Below are positions 57,725 through 64,000 of a stretch of DNA of 64,000 nt, piece by piece (the stretch's first letter is position 1; each line of letters opens with the position of its first letter). The translations under genes were made by a program, and so were the position numbers. The notes below the pieces were generated by a model. The model was not told the origin of the DNA and ran no database searches. It saw only the letters and a program-made list of their open reading frames with translations. This DNA is from Candidatus Spongiisociaceae bacterium (GTDB lineage Bacteria > Actinomycetota > Acidimicrobiia > Spongiisociales > Spongiisociaceae). Location of the stretch: assembly GCA_965202665.1 (NCBI GenBank), contig OZ241841.1, positions 1,856,001 to 1,920,000 of the forward strand, written 5' to 3'.

Positions 57725-58426
57725 ATGCCTAATCCTGAGGCGGGCCTTCCGGGGCCGGATATTTCGGTGGTGTTGCCCATCTTTTCCAAAGACGGCCACC
57801 ATCCCGGCCCTTTGGAACCGTTGCGGGAGGAGGCCGGACGCCGGGGGATCGACTTGGAGGCGGTGGTGGTGGACGACGGATCGCCTGCGCCGGTGTCCGC
57901 CCCGGAGTGGGCGCGGGTGATCCGGTTCGACGCCAACCGGGGCAAAGCGGCCGCGGTGTGGGCCGGGGTGTCCGCCGCCCGGGGGGAAGTGATCGTCGTC
58001 TACGACGCCGACCTCCCGTTCGGCATTAAACCGGTGTTCGCCATCGCCGAACTGTGCTCCGGGGACGCTCCGGTGGCGGTCGGCCAGCGCACCGCCCCAT
58101 CCGGCAAACGATGGCGCAACCTGTTGCACTGGGCGGCGCAACGATGGGTGTACCCGGCCGGGGTGGACTCCCAATGCGGCCTGAAGGCCTACCACCGCAC
58201 CGTGGCCAAAGAAATAGCGGACCGCATCGTGTGGGCGGGCGGGTTCGGACACGACCTGTTGCTGTTCGAAGTGCTGCGCAACCGCCGCCTGCCCTACCGC
58301 ACCCTGCAGGTAACCCCCGACCCGGCGGTCGGCGAACGGTCCAGCACTTTCAAACCCGCCCACCTGCGGGAGCTGTGGAAGCTGATACGCTGGTTGCGCC
58401 GCCGTCGCTTGGCCGCAGGCGGCTAA
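57725..58426 (+). CDS. Glycosyltransferase family 2
   Basis: SVVLP, VVDDGS, NRGKAAAV, DAD, DSQCGLKAY. Confidence 0.88.
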   Translation: MPNPEAGLPGPDISVVLPIFSKDGHHPGPLEPLREEAGRRGIDLEAVVVDDGSPAPVSAPEWARVIRFDANRGKAAAVWAGVSAARGEVIVVYDADLPFGIKPVFAIAELCSGDAPVAVGQRTAPSGKRWRNLLHWAAQRWVYPAGVDSQCGLKAYHRTVAKEIADRIVWAGGFGHDLLLFEVLRNRRLPYRTLQVTPDPAVGERSSTFKPAHLRELWKLIRWLRRRRLAAGG

Positions 58427-58445
58427 ACCGGGCAGGTATACCGCT

Positions 58446-59486
58446 TCAGTCGCGTTCCGTTGCGGGGAGACCTGGGGGCGGTTCCCCGCCGGGGTCGGTT
58501 TCCCCGGGGTCGGGCAATTCGGATTGGCCGGGATCAAAGTCGGTTGATACCGGGGCGGGTTCCTCCTCGCCGGGGTCGGATGCGACGGGGGCGGGGGCCA
58601 TTCCGAGGGCGATGTCGTTTTCGGGATTGGCGGGAAGGTTGCGTTTGCTCACCCAGGCCAGCAAGGCCAAACCCCCTATCCCGGCCGCCAGGGCGCTCCA
58701 TTGGCTCCAAGTCAGGGGCCCCAGCGTTCTGTCCCCGCCTTCCTCCAAGGCCAAGCGGGTGAAATCGATCAGGAAACGCTGCAACCCGTACCAGACCGCC
58801 CAAATCGCGAACAGCTGCCCGTAGCGCAACCGCACCCTCGCCGATCGGTACAGCCAAATCAGGACGCCCAGCAACACCGCCGCCCCCAGCATGTCGTAGA
58901 GGGCGGCGTGATGGTAGACCCCGCAGTATTCCCCGGCGGCGACGGCGCATTCCAGCACGTCGTGCTGGGGGGCCACGTCGTATCCGGGGCGGATCCCGTA
59001 GCCGAGGAAGAAACTGGTCGGCCCGCCCAGGTGCTCCACGATGGCCAAGTCGCCGATGCGCCCCACCACCGTCCCCAGCGCCAAACCGAAGGCCGCCATA
59101 TCCAAAGTGGGCCAGATGCGCAACCCGGCCCTCCGCGCCCGCCACACGCCCACTCCCACTCCGCCCACGAATCCGCCCAGGATGGAATAGTTGCCCCCCA
59201 CGTTCGCCAACTCGCCCAGATCGAAGCCGTTTTCCGCCCAGTAGGCGGGGATGGTCAGCCAGCGGGCCCCCACCAACGCCCCCAGCAGGGCCCAGGTGAG
59301 AACCGACTGCAGTTTCACCGCGTCGAACCCCCGGGCCTGGAATTTGCGGGTGGTGTACCAAGCCCCGGCCAGGAACCCGACCGCCGCGAAAATGCCGTGC
59401 AGGGACAGGCGGAACGGACCCAAGTCGAACAGCGGGATGGGCGGGTAGGAGATGGCCGCCGCCAGGGTGGAAACCGCGGAAGTCAA
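58446..59486 (-). CDS. lgt: Prolipoprotein diacylglyceryl transferase
   Basis: GALVGAR, S.LGG..GG, GRIGD, H...LY, YG..RF.IDF.R, T.SQW. Confidence 0.85.
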   Translation of the reverse strand: MTSAVSTLAAAISYPPIPLFDLGPFRLSLHGIFAAVGFLAGAWYTTRKFQARGFDAVKLQSVLTWALLGALVGARWLTIPAYWAENGFDLGELANVGGNYSILGGFVGGVGVGVWRARRAGLRIWPTLDMAAFGLALGTVVGRIGDLAIVEHLGGPTSFFLGYGIRPGYDVAPQHDVLECAVAAGEYCGVYHHAALYDMLGAAVLLGVLIWLYRSARVRLRYGQLFAIWAVWYGLQRFLIDFTRLALEEGGDRTLGPLTWSQWSALAAGIGGLALLAWVSKRNLPANPENDIALGMAPAPVASDPGEEEPAPVSTDFDPGQSELPDPGETDPGGEPPPGLPATERD

Positions 59487-59495
59487 AGCCGCAAC

Positions 59496-60119
59496 CTATC
59501 CGGCTGGGGCGGGCAGGCGGGGAAGGCGGGCGGGTCGGGCCGCTTCGAAAGAGTCGATGGCCTCCGCGTGGCGCATCGTCAAACCGATGTCGTCCAAGCC
59601 TTCCATCAGCCGATGTTTGATGAACGGGTCGATTTCAAAAAAAACGGCGAACCCGTCGTCACCGGCCCGCACCGTCTGATCCGGCAGGTGGATGAAGGCT
59701 TCCGTCTCCGGGTCTTTCTCCGCCATTTTCACCAGTTCCCGCACCTCCTCCGCCGGCAAAGCCACCGGCAACAACCCTATTTTGGTGCAGTTGTTGTAGA
59801 AAATGTCGGCGAAGGATTCGGCCACCACCGCTTCGAACCCCCAGTCCTGTATCCCCCATGGGGCGTGTTCCCGGGAGGAGCCCGACCCGAAGTTGGCCCC
59901 CGCCACCAGCACCCTCGCCCACTGGTATTCGGGCTTGTTCAAAACGAAGTCCGGGTCCGGTTCCTCGTCCGGCCCCCGCGCCCAGTCGTGGAACAGGAAG
60001 CGCCCGTAGCCGGTGCGTTCCACCCGCTTCAGGAACTGCTTGGGCATTATCTGGTCGGTGTCCACGTTGTTGAGCGGCAACGGGGCCATCGTCCCCGACA
60101 CGATTTTTACCGGCCGCAT
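59496..60119 (-). CDS. leuD: 3-isopropylmalate dehydratase small subunit
   Basis: NVDTDQIMPKQFLK, NFGSGSSREHAPW, SFADIF.NN, GLDDI. Confidence 0.96.
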   Translation of the reverse strand: MRPVKIVSGTMAPLPLNNVDTDQIMPKQFLKRVERTGYGRFLFHDWARGPDEEPDPDFVLNKPEYQWARVLVAGANFGSGSSREHAPWGIQDWGFEAVVAESFADIFYNNCTKIGLLPVALPAEEVRELVKMAEKDPETEAFIHLPDQTVRAGDDGFAVFFEIDPFIKHRLMEGLDDIGLTMRHAEAIDSFEAARPARLPRLPAPAG

Positions 60120-61531
60120 CACGCCCCCCAGTCCCGCACATCCGCGAAATGCCCGGCCACCGCCGCCGCCGCCGCCATCTCCGGGCTGACCAGATGGGTG
60201 CGCCCGCCCCGCCCCTGGCGCCCTTCGAAGTTGCGGTTGGAGGTGGAGGCGCACCTCTCCCCGGGGGCCAGGATGTCGTCGTTCATCCCCAGGCACATGG
60301 AGCACCCGGCGTCCCGCCATTCGAACCCGGCTTCTTTGAAAACCCGGTCCAGCCCTTCGTCTTCGGCCTGCATTTTGACCAGGCCCGACCCGGGCACCAC
60401 CATGGCCGACACCCGGTTCGCCACCCGCCGCCCGGCGACCACCGCCGCCGCCGCCCGCAGGTCTTCGATGCGGGCGTTGGTGCACGAACCGATGAAAACC
60501 CGGTCCAAAAAGACGTCGGTGATGGGGGTTCCGGCGGCCAGGTCCATGTATTCCAGGGCCCGCCGGCATCCGTCCCGGTCCGCCGGGTCGTCGTACTGGT
60601 CGGGGTGGGGCACGCGGGCGGTGACCGGAACCGTCTGCGCCGGGTTGACGCCCCACGAAACGTGCGGTTCCAGGGCGGCGGCGTCGAATTCCGCGGTCTT
60701 GTCAAAAGAGGCCCCCGGGTCGGAGGGGAGTTTCCGCCAGGCGTCCAACGCCTCCTCCCAGGCCGCCCCGGCAGGGGCATGGGGACGGCCCTCCAGGTAG
60801 GCGAAGGTAGCGTCGTCGGGGGCGATCATCCCCGCCCGGGCCCCGCCTTCGATGGACATGTTGGAAATGGTCATCCGCCCGGCCATGCCCAGCGAACGGA
60901 TGGCGGAGCCCCGGTATTCGATGACGTGCCCGGTCCCGCCCCCCACTCCGATGCGGGCGATGACGGCCAGGATTATGTCTTTGGCGGTCACCCCCCGGGG
61001 CAGGTCGCCTTCCACTTCGACGGCCATGGTGGCCGGTTTGCCCTGGGGGAGGGTCTGGGTGGCCAGCACATGCTCCACCTCCGAGGTGCCGATGCCGAAA
61101 GCCAGCGCCCCGAACGCCCCGTGGGTGGCGGTGTGCGAGTCGCCGCACACGATGGTCATCCCCGGCTGGGTCAGTCCCTGTTCGGGGCCGATGATGTGCA
61201 CGATGCCCTGGCGGGGGTCGTCCAGCCCGTAGAGGGTGATCCCGAATTCCCGGCAGTTGTCCACCAGGGCGTCGATCTGCTTTTTGGACAGGGGGTCTTT
61301 GATGCCCAGGTTGCGGTTAGCGGTGGGCACCCCGTGGTCGATGGTGGACACGGTCAGGTCGGGGCGGCGCACCCCCCGCCCGGCCAGGCGCAGGGCGTCG
61401 AAAGCCTGCGGGCTGGTCACTTCGTGCACCAGATGCAGGTCGATGTAGAGCAGGGACGGCTCGCCTTCCGCCTCCCGCACCACGTGCGTCTCCCACACTT
61501 TCTCAAACAATGTTTTGGGCGAGGGGGTCAT
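60119..61531 (-). CDS. leuC: 3-isopropylmalate dehydratase large subunit
   Basis: [41 protein letters not shown]. Confidence 0.97.
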   Translation of the reverse strand: MTPSPKTLFEKVWETHVVREAEGEPSLLYIDLHLVHEVTSPQAFDALRLAGRGVRRPDLTVSTIDHGVPTANRNLGIKDPLSKKQIDALVDNCREFGITLYGLDDPRQGIVHIIGPEQGLTQPGMTIVCGDSHTATHGAFGALAFGIGTSEVEHVLATQTLPQGKPATMAVEVEGDLPRGVTAKDIILAVIARIGVGGGTGHVIEYRGSAIRSLGMAGRMTISNMSIEGGARAGMIAPDDATFAYLEGRPHAPAGAAWEEALDAWRKLPSDPGASFDKTAEFDAAALEPHVSWGVNPAQTVPVTARVPHPDQYDDPADRDGCRRALEYMDLAAGTPITDVFLDRVFIGSCTNARIEDLRAAAAVVAGRRVANRVSAMVVPGSGLVKMQAEDEGLDRVFKEAGFEWRDAGCSMCLGMNDDILAPGERCASTSNRNFEGRQGRGGRTHLVSPEMAAAAAVAGHFADVRDWGA

Positions 61532-61655
61532 AGATTCTCGGATGGGTCGCTTGCCTGGCCGGTTTCCCGCGGCCGGCCGCCGGGGATTCTCCGGGGGGCC
61601 GATGATACCAGCTTGGCAGGGACTGCGCTCCTACGGCCGCTACCCTGGGCGGGTT

Positions 61656-63068
61656 ATGGAAGCGCAATACCGGATGTCCCCCGATGAGTTCCGCCGCCAC
61701 GGGCATGCGATGGTGGATTGGGTGGCCGACTACATGGCCGCGGCGGGCGACCTTCCCATCGTCCCCGCCGTGAAACCGGGGGAGATACGGGCGATGATCC
61801 CCGACGCCGCCCCCGAACAGCCGGAGGACTTCGCCGACATAGCCGCCGACATGGACCGGATCGTGGTTCCCGGCGCAACCGGTTGGGCCTCCCCCGGCTG
61901 GTTCGCTTATTACCCGTGCAGCGTGTCCGGGCCGGGAATTTTGGGGGAGTTGGCGGCGGCGGGCCTGGGGCAGCAGGGGATGGTGTGGGCCACCAGCCCG
62001 GTCAGCTCCGAATTGGAGGGGGCGGTGCTGGACTGGATGGCCGACCTGCTGGGGTTGCCCGCCGGTTGGAAGATGGACGGGCCGGGGGGCGGGGTGATTC
62101 AGCAGACCGCCTCCGACGCCGCCCACCTGGCCCTGGTGGCCGCCCGGCAGCGGGCCGCGGACGGCGGGGCGGAAATCGGGGATTGCGTCGCCTACCTGTC
62201 CGACCAGGCCAACCTGTCGTTGGAGAAGGGGGCCCGCATCGCCGGATACCGGCGCATCCGCGTCTTGGAAGCCGACGACCGGTTCGCCCTGCCGGCGGAG
62301 GCCCTGCGCCGGGCGGCGGGGGAGGATCGCCGCCGGGGGCTGCGCCCCGCCTTCGTTTGCTCCACGGTGGGAACCACCGCTACCGCCGCCGTGGATCCGG
62401 TGCGGGAGATAGGGGAGGCGTCCCGGGAGGAGGGGATGTGGCACCATGTGGACGCCGCCTACGCCGGTTCGGCCATGCTGTGCGAAGAGTTCCGCCGTCA
62501 CCAGGACGGTTTGGAGGCGGCGGACAGTTATTCGGTCAACCCGTACAAGTGGCTGCCGGTCAACTTCGACGGGTCGCTGTTCTACGTGGCGGATCGCTCC
62601 CAGCTGACCGGCGCCCTTTCCATCGACCCGCCCTACCTGCGGGACTCCGGGGAGGGGGACCGGCGGGCGGTCAACTACCGGGACTGGCAGCTTCCCCTGG
62701 GACGCCGTTTCCGGTCGCTGAAGTTGTGGTTCGCCCTCCGTTTCTACGGGGCGGAGGCGCTGCGGGCCAAAATCCGGGAGGATGTGCGCCTGGCCCGGAT
62801 GATCGCCGAACGGGTGGAGGCCGACCGGCGGTTTGAGCTGGTGGCCCCGGTTCTGTTTTCCCTGGTGTGCTTCCGGCACCGGGTTGGGGACGAAGCCACC
62901 GCCGCCATCGCCGAGGCGGTGAACCGCTCCGGCCATTCTTTCTGGTCCACTTCCCGCTACCAAGACCGGACGTTTCTGCGCATAGCCATCGGGCAGGTGA
63001 ACACCGAGGCCGAACATGTGGAAAGGCTGTGGTCACTGATAGACGAAGTCTCGCCTCCTCCCGGGTAA
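61656..63068 (+). CDS. PLP-dependent aromatic L-amino acid decarboxylase family
   Basis: EFRRHG..MVDW, SP..SELE, HVDAAYAG, NPYKW, LGRRFRSLKLW. Confidence 0.92.
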   Translation: MEAQYRMSPDEFRRHGHAMVDWVADYMAAAGDLPIVPAVKPGEIRAMIPDAAPEQPEDFADIAADMDRIVVPGATGWASPGWFAYYPCSVSGPGILGELAAAGLGQQGMVWATSPVSSELEGAVLDWMADLLGLPAGWKMDGPGGGVIQQTASDAAHLALVAARQRAADGGAEIGDCVAYLSDQANLSLEKGARIAGYRRIRVLEADDRFALPAEALRRAAGEDRRRGLRPAFVCSTVGTTATAAVDPVREIGEASREEGMWHHVDAAYAGSAMLCEEFRRHQDGLEAADSYSVNPYKWLPVNFDGSLFYVADRSQLTGALSIDPPYLRDSGEGDRRAVNYRDWQLPLGRRFRSLKLWFALRFYGAEALRAKIREDVRLARMIAERVEADRRFELVAPVLFSLVCFRHRVGDEATAAIAEAVNRSGHSFWSTSRYQDRTFLRIAIGQVNTEAEHVERLWSLIDEVSPPPG

Positions 63069-63121
63069 CTGAGGCGGAGTATGGTTAGGGGAGTGGGGGG
63101 CTGTCTAACGGGAGGTAAAAA

Positions 63122-63862
63122 ATGGATCACAGGCGGGCGGATAAGGTGGAGTGGGAGGACGCTCCCGCTGAGAATTTCACCGGCCTGGTGCGATTCGGCC
63201 CGTTAAGCGACCATGGGCCGCTCAACGCCTTGGCGGTGCGTTTCGAGGCAACGGCCCGCACCGACTGGCATTCCCACCCGGAGGGGCAGGTGCTGTACGT
63301 GGTGGCGGGCCGGGGACGTATCCAAGACGACGACGGAACCACCGTAGAGTTCGGAGCGGGGGATACGCTGTATACGCCGCCCGGGCAGATACATTGGCAT
63401 GGGGCGGGCCCGGACGGCCCGATGACACACCTTTCCCTAACCACCGGCGGAGCCACCATCTGGGAACCCCGCAAAGTAACCGAAGAAGAATACAACCGCA
63501 CCACCCCCATTCACATACCGCGTAAGAGAGATTTTATGGTCCCCGTTCTCCAGGCCTTGAGTGCCATGGGCGGTTCGGGACGAGCTAAAGATGCTGTTGA
63601 AATGGTTTGCCGTTTGCTTGGCGTAACGGACGAACAGAGGATGATAAAAACCAAGAAAGGAAACCGTAAGGTATATTTGAGAATTAGTTGGGCTTCTACT
63701 GAACTTAAGAATATTGGATTTTTAGTAAAAGAGAGCAGGATTTGGTCATTGACTGACAAAGGGAAAGAATTTGTTCGCCGTTCACAGAAGGAAACTTCAG
63801 GAAGCCTGAATGACGAATTATTGCAATTGTGGATGGATTACCAAAAGCAAAAAGATAGATAG
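63122..63862 (+). CDS. Cupin fused to Mrr N-terminal winged-helix domain
   Basis: RTDWHSHPEGQ..HWHGA (cupin); P...DFMVPVLQAL...RISWA...L...G......W.LT.KG (Mrr_N). Confidence 0.8.
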   Translation: MDHRRADKVEWEDAPAENFTGLVRFGPLSDHGPLNALAVRFEATARTDWHSHPEGQVLYVVAGRGRIQDDDGTTVEFGAGDTLYTPPGQIHWHGAGPDGPMTHLSLTTGGATIWEPRKVTEEEYNRTTPIHIPRKRDFMVPVLQALSAMGGSGRAKDAVEMVCRLLGVTDEQRMIKTKKGNRKVYLRISWASTELKNIGFLVKESRIWSLTDKGKEFVRRSQKETSGSLNDELLQLWMDYQKQKDR

Positions 63863-63867
63863 GGCCT

Positions 63868-64000
63868 ATGTTGGGGCATAGCCGCAAGGCCGCTGAACGG
63901 CTGGTGGCCGTGTTGGCGGTGATAGGACTTGTGGCCGCTCCCGTAGCGGCGGTACCTTCGGATGTTGAGGGGCACCCGCAGGAGGCGGTGATCCGCACCG
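63868..64000 (+). CDS. Secreted, probably SLH-domain protein (5' part only)
   Basis: MLGHSRKAAERLVAVLAVIGLVAAPVAAVPSDVEGHPQEAVIR: signal peptide plus SLH-like start. Confidence 0.5.
   Translation, partial: MLGHSRKAAERLVAVLAVIGLVAAPVAAVPSDVEGHPQEAVIRT

Overview
High-GC bacterial chromosome segment. The gene content looks actinobacterial/Acidimicrobiia-like (ppgK, Rv2466c-type DsbA, F420-LLM, SLH proteins); this taxonomy is inference. Housekeeping genes include recQ, lhr, selC, hflX, gnd, an M1 aminopeptidase, lgt and leuCD. Accessory modules: (i) a short DUF3800-like gene followed by two copies of a structured ~110-nt element; (ii) AT-rich orphan genes, including a homologous small-protein pair flanking lhr; (iii) a 10.4-22.9 kb defence island with a RelE/BrnT-like toxin plus repeat proteins, a type I RM system whose hsdS is out of frame at two poly-C tracts, an unknown low-GC gene pair with a PD-(D/E)xK motif, and Phd-Phd-VapC; (iv) a 13-gene toluene-monooxygenase-like (group 1 SDIMO) operon in A-B-D-E-C order with DJ-1, two NTF2/SnoaL genes, SufT, ABM, GntR and a translationally coupled ribosomal protein uL22 paralogue; (v) an apparently catalytically dead DAHP synthase-chorismate mutase behind a Phe/Tyr/Trp-rich attenuator; (vi) a 23-bp repeat array before an AAA_14/DUF4143 ATPase-nuclease, and a direct-repeat-flanked SLH-double-OpuAC gene. 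No integrase, transposase or CRISPR-cas was recognised. All family calls come from motif recognition by eye; no searches were run.
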